From Hyalangium sp. (GTDB lineage Bacteria; Myxococcota; Myxococcia; Myxococcales; Myxococcaceae), in the NCBI RefSeq assembly GCF_045802625.1, contig NZ_JBJMQP010000039.1, positions 236,681 to 268,680 of the forward strand: a DNA stretch of 32,000 nt. The letters run 5' to 3'. Below are positions 24,615 to 32,000 of the stretch, in pieces. The translations under genes and the position numbers were made by a program. Numbering within the stretch: position 1 is the stretch's first letter; the number at the start of each line of letters is the position of its first letter. Below the pieces are notes generated by a model, which saw only the letters and a program-made list of their open reading frames with translations, made no database searches and was not told where the DNA came from.

Positions 24615-25812
24615 GGCTCGGCACCCGCAGCGAGTGGAGGAGGAATGGATCGCGCACCGGCACCGTGTAGCCCCCGCGCGCCAGCCACAGGCAGGCCGCC
24701 ACGAACAGGCCGCCCACGCCGATGAAGGCCGTGAGGCTCGTCCAGTGCGGATACCACTGCCTCGGGTGCAGCGCTGGCAGCACCAGCCAGTACATGTTCA
24801 CCGCGTGCATGAGCAGCAGCCACGCGCACACGAGGGCAAACCGTCGCGGACTCTCCTTGATGCGCCGCTGGAGGAGCAGCAGGAAGGGCACCGCGAAGTG
24901 CCCCACCGCAAGCAGCGCCGCCAGCCAGCGCCAGCCACCGTCCAGCCGAGCGCGGTACCACCGGATCTCTTCCGGCAGGTTGGCGATCCACATGAGCAGC
25001 AACTGCGAGAAGGCGCAGTAGGCCCACAGGCACACGAAGGCGAGCAGCAGCGTCCCCAGCTTCCGGAAATGCACGGACCTCATGAGCGCGCCGAACTGCC
25101 CTTGCCCCTGTCCCGCGGCCGCCAGGATGCCGATGACCGACATCGCGCCCACCACCGCGCCGCACCCCACGTAGAGCGCGTAGACGGTGGACTCCCAGAA
25201 CGGCTCCAGGGACATCATCCAGTCCAGGACGGCGAACGACAGGCACACCACCACCACCGGCAGCGAGCCCGCCGCCAGCCGCCGCTGCCACAGCGTCATC
25301 CGCACCAGGTGCTCGCTGCGCTCGGGCTCCGAGTCCTGGCGCACCGACCAGCGGTAGAGCAGCAGCGAGGCGGCGCACCACACCCCGAAGTAGAGGACGG
25401 CGCGGACGAAGAACGCGGGAACGTTGAGGTAGGGGCGCTTGTGTTCGAGCAGGTGGAGCGCGTGCTCGCCCAGCTCCGGCGAGGGCGACACCCAGGGGAA
25501 CAGGTGCGGCATCGACACCGCCACCGGCACGAAGAGGAGAATGAACAGCGGGCAGCACGCCGCCATCACCTCCAACGGCCGCCGCAGCACGGTGGGCCAA
25601 CGCGCACGCGCGGCGTGGAAGGCGGACAGGAGGATCAGCGCCCCGAGGCACAAGGACAGCCAGTAGGCGAAGGCGAACAGGTAGCCGTGGGCCGCCTCCC
25701 GGGGGTTCACGAAGCCACCGGCCAGCGTGGCGGCCAGGCCCAGCACTCCCACCACGAACGAGACACCCAGCTCGCGCCGGCCGCCCTCGAAGCGAGGAAG
25801 CACCGTGGTCAT
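24607..25812 (-). CDS. actF: Alternative Complex III subunit ActF (NrfD-like membrane subunit)
   Basis: The track ORF is over-extended to 26424. The start ATG 25812 forms an ATGA overlap with the actE stop. The 401-aa polytopic protein sits in the canonical ActF position. Confidence 0.85.
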   Translation of the reverse strand: MTTVLPRFEGGRRELGVSFVVGVLGLAATLAGGFVNPREAAHGYLFAFAYWLSLCLGALILLSAFHAARARWPTVLRRPLEVMAACCPLFILLFVPVAVSMPHLFPWVSPSPELGEHALHLLEHKRPYLNVPAFFVRAVLYFGVWCAASLLLYRWSVRQDSEPERSEHLVRMTLWQRRLAAGSLPVVVVCLSFAVLDWMMSLEPFWESTVYALYVGCGAVVGAMSVIGILAAAGQGQGQFGALMRSVHFRKLGTLLLAFVCLWAYCAFSQLLLMWIANLPEEIRWYRARLDGGWRWLAALLAVGHFAVPFLLLLQRRIKESPRRFALVCAWLLLMHAVNMYWLVLPALHPRQWYPHWTSLTAFIGVGGLFVAACLWLARGGYTVPVRDPFLLHSLRVPSHE

Positions 25813-26591
25813 GGAGCACCTCCCGTGTTCCCCTGCTGGAGCGAGGCCTGTACCGCCGGCGGCGCGGCCGACACGGGCGCCAACTGGCTGAAGGCGAGCG
25901 CTCGCAGATAGGCCACCACGGCCCAGCGCTCGGAGGGCGTGAGCGCGTCCGCGTAGGAGGGCATCAGTCCGTACCCCTCGGAGATGACCGCGAAGTAGAA
26001 GCCCGGCGGATGCGGCAGCGCCTCCCAGCCCGCCGGCACCGGTCCGGTCCATCCCCTGCCCGCTCCACCGCTGGTTCCGGACACCACGCCCGCGTCCCTC
26101 AGCCCTGCATCCGGGCTGATCGCGGACCCTGGAATCTCCGCCCAGGCACCGGCGTCTGGAGTGCCTCCATCGAGCTGCGAGGCGCTGAGCGACGGGTGCA
26201 CCCGGTGCAGCGGTCCGAACATCGCGGGCGCGGGCCTCAGCTGCATGTTCTTCGCGACCACGCTCTGGCCATCCGCCAGCAGCCCATGGCACGGAGCGCA
26301 CCAGGTGTCGAAGTGGCTCCGGCCCTGCTCGAGCAGCTCGCGGCTCAGCGCCACTGGAGGCCTCGCCACCCAGCCGGCATCCGGGCTCTGGTGGACCATG
26401 AACGCCGCCTGCTGGCGATGCCACTCCTGCGCCACCGTGCCCCGCACCGTGGGCCGCATGGCCCGTCCATCCGGAAAGTAGGAGTCGGCGGAGAAGGGAT
26501 CGTCGCGCTCCTGCTGCTGCATCGGGTCCCGGTCCACACAGGCGGCCAGGCCCAGCGCGGTCACGACAGGCAGGAGCAGGCCCGTCCTCAT
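25809..26591 (-). CDS. actE: Alternative Complex III subunit ActE (monohaem cytochrome c lipoprotein)
   Basis: The track ORF is over-extended to 26903. The start ATG 26591 forms an ATGA overlap with the actD stop. The signal peptide and lipobox are MRTGLLLPVVTALGLAAC. There is a single CAPCH haem motif and a distal GYGLMPSY. Confidence 0.8.
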   Translation of the reverse strand: MRTGLLLPVVTALGLAACVDRDPMQQQERDDPFSADSYFPDGRAMRPTVRGTVAQEWHRQQAAFMVHQSPDAGWVARPPVALSRELLEQGRSHFDTWCAPCHGLLADGQSVVAKNMQLRPAPAMFGPLHRVHPSLSASQLDGGTPDAGAWAEIPGSAISPDAGLRDAGVVSGTSGGAGRGWTGPVPAGWEALPHPPGFYFAVISEGYGLMPSYADALTPSERWAVVAYLRALAFSQLAPVSAAPPAVQASLQQGNTGGAP

Positions 26592-27115
26592 TGCCCCCCC
26601 TCCACTTGCGACACCTGCGCCGCTCCCAGCGTGCGCAGCGTCTCGGACACCGTCTCGCGCTGGGACGCCTCGTCCACCGCGACGCTCACCCAGAAGCCGT
26701 CCACGCTGGCGCTGCGGAAGGACTCCAGCTCGAACACAGGGTGCGTCACCCGCGGCAGGCCGCAGGCCACGAACACGCCGAGGAAGACCGCGCCCGCGGC
26801 GGCCAGCACGGCCGACTCGAAGGTGATGGGGATGAAGGCCGGCGCGGCGTGCAGCGGCCGTCCTCCCACGTTGAGCGGCCAGTCCACCCCCTGGGTGAAC
26901 CACTGCACCAGATAGGCCCCCACCGCTCCCGAGAGCCCCGCCACCAGCCCCAACGCGGGCAGGCGCGAGGACTTCAGCTCCAGCACCTCATCCAGCCCCT
27001 CCACAGGGAACGGCGTATGGGCATCCAGCCGCACGAAGCCGCGCTCGCGCAGGGCCCGCGCCGCCTCCACCAGCCGCTCGGGCGAGCGGAACTCTCCGAG
27101 CACCCAGTGCTTCAT
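26588..27115 (-). CDS. actD: Alternative Complex III subunit ActD (DUF3341 family)
   Basis: 175-aa ORF. It has an N-terminal soluble region (MKHWVLGEFRSPERLVEAARALRERGF), two TM helices and a C-terminal soluble domain, which is the ActD layout. ATGA overlaps occur at both ends. Confidence 0.85.
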   Translation of the reverse strand: MKHWVLGEFRSPERLVEAARALRERGFVRLDAHTPFPVEGLDEVLELKSSRLPALGLVAGLSGAVGAYLVQWFTQGVDWPLNVGGRPLHAAPAFIPITFESAVLAAAGAVFLGVFVACGLPRVTHPVFELESFRSASVDGFWVSVAVDEASQRETVSETLRTLGAAQVSQVEGGQ

Positions 27116-28545
27116 CCCGCCCCTCCGGCCGTCTCATCCCGCGCGGAGATCTCCCGAGCGAAGGCCTCGGACGCCTCCAGCTCGTGCTGCAGGTGCTTCA
27201 CCTCGCTGGCCGGCACCGGCGGCAGCAGCTTGAGGAACAGTAGGAAGCCCAGGCCGAACAATCCCAGCGTCCCCGCCAGCAGGCTCAGGTCCACCCAGGT
27301 GGGCGCGTAGGCCCTCCAGCTGCTCGGCAGGAAGTCCTCGGTGAGCGGAGTCACGACGATCATGTAGCGCTCCAGCCACATGCCCAGGTTCACCAGCAAC
27401 CCGGCGATGAAGAGCACCACCGGCTGGATGCGCAGCCTGGGGCTCCAGAAGAGCTGAGGCACCAGCACGTTGCAGAAGATGACCGTCCAGAACAGCGGAG
27501 CGTACGGGCCCACGCGCAGCATGCTCATCGCGTGCATCTCGTACTCGTTGCCGCTGTACCAGCCGAGGAAGTGCTCCTGCATGTAGCCGTACGCGACGAA
27601 GAGCCCGGCCACGAGCAGCAACCGCGCGAGCGCATCCAGGTGCGCGTCCGTGATCACATGGTGCAGCTTGAGCACCCGCCGCGCGGGGATGAGCAGCGTG
27701 AGCACCATGGCCAGCCCGGAGAAGATGGCGCCCGCCACGAAGTACGGCGGGAAGATGGTGCTGTGCCAGCCCGGGAGCTGGGCCACCGCGAAGTCGAACG
27801 ACACGATGGTGTGCACCGAGACGACCAGCGGCGTGGCCAGCCCCGCCAGCACCACGTACGCCGCGCGCCACTGCAGCCAGTGCCGGGCGCTGCCTCGCCA
27901 CCCCATGGCGAGGAGGCCCCAGGCGCGGCGCTTCCACGTCTCCTTCGCGGTGTCTCGCGCCGAGGCCAGATCCGGCAGCATCCCCAGGTACCAGAACAGC
28001 ACCGACACCGTGAGGTACGTGAGGATGGCCACGATGTCCCACGTGAGCGGCGAGCGGAACTGCGGCCAGACGCGCAGCGAGCTCGGGTACGGCACCAGCC
28101 AGTAGAACTTCCACGGCCGCCCCAGGTGCAGCAGCGGGAAGAGGCCCGCGCACGCCACGGCGAACAGCGTCATGGCCTCGGCCATGCGGTTGACGGAGCT
28201 GCGCCACTTCTCGCCGAACAGCAGCAGGATGGCCGAGATCAGCGTGCCGGCGTGGCCGATGCCGATCCACCAGACGAAGTTGATGATGCCAAAGGCCCAG
28301 GCCACCGGGATGTTGTTGCCCCAGCTGCCAATCCCCTTCACCAGCGTCACGCCGATGGCCACCACCAGGAGCCCGACCAGCGCCGAGCAGAGGCCCACGA
28401 GCACCCACCACCCGCGCCCTGGCGGAGCGAGCACCGGCCGCAACAGCGACGCGTTGAGCTCCTCATTCGAGTGGCGGCCCAGAATGAGCGGATGCGCCAC
28501 GAGCGGATCGGCCGTCACGGGCGCCTTGGGAGCGGGCTGGGTCAT
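27112..28545 (-). CDS. actC: Alternative Complex III subunit ActC (NrfD/PsrC-type quinol-interacting membrane subunit)
   Basis: 477-aa polytopic ORF with the NrfD family region GSWGNNIPVAWAFGIINFVWWIGIGHAGTLISAILLLF. ATGA overlap with the actB stop at 28542..28545. Confidence 0.9.
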   Translation of the reverse strand: MTQPAPKAPVTADPLVAHPLILGRHSNEELNASLLRPVLAPPGRGWWVLVGLCSALVGLLVVAIGVTLVKGIGSWGNNIPVAWAFGIINFVWWIGIGHAGTLISAILLLFGEKWRSSVNRMAEAMTLFAVACAGLFPLLHLGRPWKFYWLVPYPSSLRVWPQFRSPLTWDIVAILTYLTVSVLFWYLGMLPDLASARDTAKETWKRRAWGLLAMGWRGSARHWLQWRAAYVVLAGLATPLVVSVHTIVSFDFAVAQLPGWHSTIFPPYFVAGAIFSGLAMVLTLLIPARRVLKLHHVITDAHLDALARLLLVAGLFVAYGYMQEHFLGWYSGNEYEMHAMSMLRVGPYAPLFWTVIFCNVLVPQLFWSPRLRIQPVVLFIAGLLVNLGMWLERYMIVVTPLTEDFLPSSWRAYAPTWVDLSLLAGTLGLFGLGFLLFLKLLPPVPASEVKHLQHELEASEAFAREISARDETAGGAG

Positions 28546-31499
28546 CCGAGCGCCTCGTCGGGGTTCTTCAGCCGCACCAGGTGCACCGTGCGCGGCTCGG
28601 TGCCCAGCTCGTGCAGCAGCTTGTAGTGGCGGGGATCCTGGTGCAGGCGGGTGACGGCGGCCTGCGAGTCATTGAGGTCCCCGAAGACGATCGCCTCGGT
28701 GGGACAGGCCTGCTGGCAGGCGGTGCGCACCTCGCCGTCGCGGATGGGGCGGTGCTCCACGCGAGAGGTGATCCGGGCGGATTCGATGCGCTGCACGCAG
28801 TACGTGCACTTCTCCATCACCCCGCGCGAGCGCACCGTCACCTGTGGGTTACGGTACATCCGGTCCTGTGGACGGTTCGGCTGATAGTCCAGGTAGTTGA
28901 AGCGGCGGACCTTGTAGGGGCAGTTGTTGGAGCAGTACCGCGTGCCGATGCAGCGGTTGTAGATCATCTGGTTGAGCCCCTCGTCCGAGTGTACCGTCGC
29001 GTTGACGGGGCACACGTACTCGCAAGGGGCGTATTCGCAGTGCACGCACATGAGCGGCTGGGTGATGACGCCTGGGTCGTGCTCGTCCCCCAGGAAGTAG
29101 CGGTCGATGCGCAGCCAGTGCATCTCCCGCCCGCGCCGCACCTGCTCCTTGCCCACCGCGGGGATGTTGTTCTCCGCCTGGCAGGCCACCACGCACGCGC
29201 TGCACCCGGTACAGCGGTGCAGATCGATCGCCATGCCCCAGCGGTAGGTGGGCTGCTGGAGCGGCGGGGGTGGCGGATAGAGGTGCTCCTCGGGCTCCTG
29301 CATCCCGTGGAGCGCGTCCGGGTGGGCTTGGAACTCGGACTGCTTCGTCTGGAGCGCCAGCGGGCGGCCCTCCATCCGCCAATGGTCCTGCGCCAGCGCG
29401 AACTCGTGGGGCACTTCCACGGGAGTCAGGCGCACGCCGCTGGCGGCTCCGAGCGCGTCCTGAGGCCGCAGCGCATACGCGTTGAAGCCCACCCCCACGG
29501 CCACGGGGCTGCCTCGGGTGCGCCCATAGCCCAGCGGCAGCGTCACCGTGTCATCGGCCTGCCCGGGAGCAATCAGCACCGCCGCTTCCAGGGAACGGCC
29601 TCGCAGCTCCAGCCGGACTCGAGCGCCGCGCTTCAGGCCCAACCGTTCGGCGGTGGCGGGGCTCACGCAGGCCGCGTTGTCCCACGTGAGCTGGGTGAGC
29701 GGATCCGGCAACTCCTGGAGCCACGGGTTGGAGCCGAAGCGCCCATCGTAGAGCTTGAGGTCCGGCACGAAGTGCAGCTCGAGGCCCTCGCTCGCGGGAG
29801 CCGCCAGGGCGCGCACGGCCGTGAGCACGGCCGCCCCGTCCACCCGCGCTTGCACCTCGGGCAGCTGTGTGCCGGGGATGACTCCCTCCGCCAACCAGCC
29901 CTCCCATGTCTCCTGGAAGCGCTCGGGCTGGGCGGACCTCCCGCGCCACAGGGCCTGGAGCCGCTCGTAGGGAGACGCCGCGAGCTCGCCCGTGAACGCC
30001 GCCATCACGTCCAGCGGGGGAGTCGCGGCTTCGAACATCGGAGCGATCAGCGGCTGAAGAATCGTGGTGGTGCCATCCGCGGCCCGGCCGTCTCCCCAGT
30101 CCTCGTACGGGTGTGTGGAGGGGACGAACCAGGAGCACGCGGCGGCCGTCTCGTCTTCCTCGAGCGCGCAGTACACCGCGTGCTCCACCCGGCTGAGCGC
30201 CTCGGCCAACGGCACATCCGCCGGAGCGCGGTACACCGGGTTCCAGGCAGTGATGAGCAGCGTGTCCACGGCCCCGGCGTGCAGCTCCTCCACGAGCTTC
30301 GGCAGCGCCGAGGCGTCAGGCCCGGGGACTCGTGTCTCCTCCACCAGCCGCAGCGTCCGGGCAGAGCCCAGCGAGTCATTGAGCAGGTGCGCCAAGGCGT
30401 GAACCGCGGGTGGCTGCCCTTCCCCCACCACCACGAGCGCCTCGCCTGCATGAGACGTCAGATCCCGAGCCGCCGCCGACACCCAGCGCCGCTCCGGCTC
30501 GCTCAAGCCCCCTGCCCCTTCCGCCAGCCCCGTGAGCCCCTGCCGCCCGAGCGCACGCCCCACCTCCGCCGCAAGCGCACGCGCCAGCAGCGGCATCCGA
30601 GAGGGCCGCACCCGCAGCCGTTGATCCGCGAAAGCCCCCGTGAGGCTCAGGTGGCTCTCCGCCACCCACAGCCGGTTGAGCCGGGCCGCACGGCCCGAGA
30701 CGAACTCTCTGGCCGAGCGCGGGCTGCCCGGCAGCGTGGACAGGAAGTCCTCCTCCAGCGACACCACCACGCGCGCAGCATCCCAGCGCGGCAGCATCCT
30801 GAGCGGGCGTCCGAAGGCCAGACGGGCGCCCTCACCCGCGTGCCCCACCTCCGCGGCACAGAAAGGCACCACGCGCGCGCGTGGGTAGCGCTCCAGCACG
30901 CGCGAGAAGGTATGGGCCCACAGCGGCGAGGCCGTGGGCTCCACCAGCAGCCGCAGCCCGGCCCCTCCATCCGTGCGCTGGGCCAGTTGCTCGAGCCGAG
31001 CGAACAGCTCCGCGCGAGAGGCCGCCGCGCCCCGGTGGCGCACCTCGCGAGCACGGTGCGGATCGTACAGCCCCAGCAGCGAGGCCTGCTCGTGCGCGCC
31101 CGCGGACCCGAGGCTCTCCGGGTGGCTGGGATTGCCTTCGACCTTGGTGGGGCGGCCCTCGTTGCTGCGCACCACCAGCCCGCGCACGTGGCCCGCAAGC
31201 TCCAGGCCCGTGGCGTAGTGCAGCGCCACACCCGGCGTCAGCTCGGGGGGCTGCTGCGAATACGGCAGCACCTTCTCGGGCGCGGGGCGGAAGCAGCCCG
31301 AGAGCCCGAGCGCCGCAGACCCGAAGGCCGCCAGCTCCAGCAAGGTCCGGCGAGAGACTCCTTGCGGCGGCTCGGAGGCTCCCGGTGGAAACTCATCCGC
31401 TCCCGGCGGCTCGCTCCCGCGACGCTCCTCCACACTGCGCCACGCCGAGGGCGCATCCGACAACACCGGCAGCGGGAATCGATCCTTCAGCGGTGGCAT
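28542..31499 (-). CDS. actB: Alternative Complex III subunit ActB (molybdopterin-like B1 domain + 4-cluster Fe-S B2 domain)
   Basis: The track ORF is over-extended to 31793. The start ATG 31499 ([25 protein letters not shown]...) overlaps the actA 3' end by 13 nt. A twin-arginine motif is present ([12 protein letters not shown]). The C-terminal Fe-S motifs are [38 protein letters not shown] and CTYCVQR...CQQACP. Confidence 0.9.
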   Translation of the reverse strand: MPPLKDRFPLPVLSDAPSAWRSVEERRGSEPPGADEFPPGASEPPQGVSRRTLLELAAFGSAALGLSGCFRPAPEKVLPYSQQPPELTPGVALHYATGLELAGHVRGLVVRSNEGRPTKVEGNPSHPESLGSAGAHEQASLLGLYDPHRAREVRHRGAAASRAELFARLEQLAQRTDGGAGLRLLVEPTASPLWAHTFSRVLERYPRARVVPFCAAEVGHAGEGARLAFGRPLRMLPRWDAARVVVSLEEDFLSTLPGSPRSAREFVSGRAARLNRLWVAESHLSLTGAFADQRLRVRPSRMPLLARALAAEVGRALGRQGLTGLAEGAGGLSEPERRWVSAAARDLTSHAGEALVVVGEGQPPAVHALAHLLNDSLGSARTLRLVEETRVPGPDASALPKLVEELHAGAVDTLLITAWNPVYRAPADVPLAEALSRVEHAVYCALEEDETAAACSWFVPSTHPYEDWGDGRAADGTTTILQPLIAPMFEAATPPLDVMAAFTGELAASPYERLQALWRGRSAQPERFQETWEGWLAEGVIPGTQLPEVQARVDGAAVLTAVRALAAPASEGLELHFVPDLKLYDGRFGSNPWLQELPDPLTQLTWDNAACVSPATAERLGLKRGARVRLELRGRSLEAAVLIAPGQADDTVTLPLGYGRTRGSPVAVGVGFNAYALRPQDALGAASGVRLTPVEVPHEFALAQDHWRMEGRPLALQTKQSEFQAHPDALHGMQEPEEHLYPPPPPLQQPTYRWGMAIDLHRCTGCSACVVACQAENNIPAVGKEQVRRGREMHWLRIDRYFLGDEHDPGVITQPLMCVHCEYAPCEYVCPVNATVHSDEGLNQMIYNRCIGTRYCSNNCPYKVRRFNYLDYQPNRPQDRMYRNPQVTVRSRGVMEKCTYCVQRIESARITSRVEHRPIRDGEVRTACQQACPTEAIVFGDLNDSQAAVTRLHQDPRHYKLLHELGTEPRTVHLVRLKNPDEALG

Positions 31500-32000
31500 G
31501 TGATGCACTCGGTGCGAGGGGCGACATCCAGCTCTTGGGCCACCCGGCGGCCCGTGTCTCGAGGGTCGCCGGCAGGCCGCCAGGACATGTCGGTGATGTG
31601 CTCGAGCGGCCGGAGGTGCGGGGTGGGATCCCGATGGCACTCCAGGCACCACTCCATGGTGAGCGGAGCCACCTGCTGCACCAGCGCCATCTGATCCACG
31701 CGCCCGTGGCAGCTCACGCACCCCACGCCCTTGTGGACGTGGATGGAGTGGTTGAAGAAGACGAAGTGCGGCAGCCGGTGGACGCGGTTCCACGCAATGG
31801 GCCGGTCCTTGAAGTAGCTGTCACGCACCGGAGCCAGCAGCGGGCTCTGGTTCCAGATCTGCGCGTGGCAGCCCATGCAGCGGCTGGTGGGAGGCACACC
31901 CGCGAAGGGCCCCTCCCACGCACCCTCATGGCAATAGCGGCAGTCGATCCCATCATCACCCACGTGGTGACGGTGATCGAACTTCACGGGCTGCTCGACA
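31487..32000 (-). CDS. actA: Alternative Complex III subunit ActA (pentahaem cytochrome c), C-terminal part; N-terminus beyond the right edge
   Basis: Five CxxCH motifs are visible: CRYCH, CMGCH, CVSCH, CLECH and CITCH. The frame stays open through 31999 (..[12 protein letters not shown]..), so the GTG at 31987 in the track is not the true start. Confidence 0.85.
   Translation of the reverse strand, partial: VEQPVKFDHRHHVGDDGIDCRYCHEGAWEGPFAGVPPTSRCMGCHAQIWNQSPLLAPVRDSYFKDRPIAWNRVHRLPHFVFFNHSIHVHKGVGCVSCHGRVDQMALVQQVAPLTMEWCLECHRDPTPHLRPLEHITDMSWRPAGDPRDTGRRVAQELDVAPRTECITCHR

Noticed and set aside
28581-31694. 1037-aa plus-strand ORF, with similar long ORFs at 473..1909(-), 2868..4361(+), 13182..14648(+), 15027..16361(+), 17031..18257(+), 20316..21509(-), 21213..22943(+), 23306..24610(-), 23326..24348(+), 24418..25911(+), 27134..28411(-) and 27532..28626(+)
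   Set aside because: All of them overlap, on the opposite strand or in another frame, genes with clear family signatures (ActB, M20 peptidase, MrpD, PoxB, the FAD/Fe-S dehydrogenase, Cox subunits, ActC/F). All have low-complexity Arg/His/Gly/Pro-rich translations. I treat them as non-coding shadow ORFs.

Overview
Very GC-rich bacterial chromosomal segment with G/C at nearly every third codon position. The proteins look Myxococcota-like, but the taxon is my inference only. I call 30 protein-coding genes and find no rRNA, tRNA, CRISPR array, transposase or integrase.

The window is a respiratory neighbourhood rather than an obvious accessory or defence island. Gene order, left to right:
- a partial lipoprotein (-)
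- an M20 dipeptidase (+)
- an Ig-like lipoprotein (-)
- a 7-gene Mrp/Mbh-type cation:proton antiporter module (-, 2526..6943)
- a divergently transcribed three-subunit formate dehydrogenase (+, 7183..12398); its catalytic subunit carries an in-frame TGA that I read as selenocysteine, followed by a SECIS-like hairpin
- a proline-rich anchored protein (-)
- a PoxB-type pyruvate:quinone oxidoreductase (-)
- a translationally coupled enolase-superfamily enzyme plus a YdiJ-type FAD/Fe-S dehydrogenase (-)
- a homologue of the Anabaena sensory rhodopsin transducer (ASRT) followed by a 4-TM protein (+)
- one long minus-strand unit (20519..32000) encoding Alternative Complex III (actA-F), a small TM protein and a caa3-type cytochrome c oxidase (ctaC/D/E/F)

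Many long ORFs in the supplied track are antisense or out-of-frame shadow ORFs typical of high-GC DNA, and several listed ORFs are over-extended at the 5' end. I re-placed those starts, usually at ATGA stop/start overlaps.

I do not see a clear-cut new system of the defence or mobile type. The best candidates for undescribed biology are:
- the ASRT-homologue/4-TM pair, which has no rhodopsin nearby
- the export-signal-less selenocysteine formate dehydrogenase with an NrfD-type anchor, sitting back-to-back with a single-antiporter-subunit Mrp module
- the enolase/YdiJ-type couple
- the small TM protein wedged between ACIII and caa3

All family assignments rest on motif recognition by eye. No database search was run.
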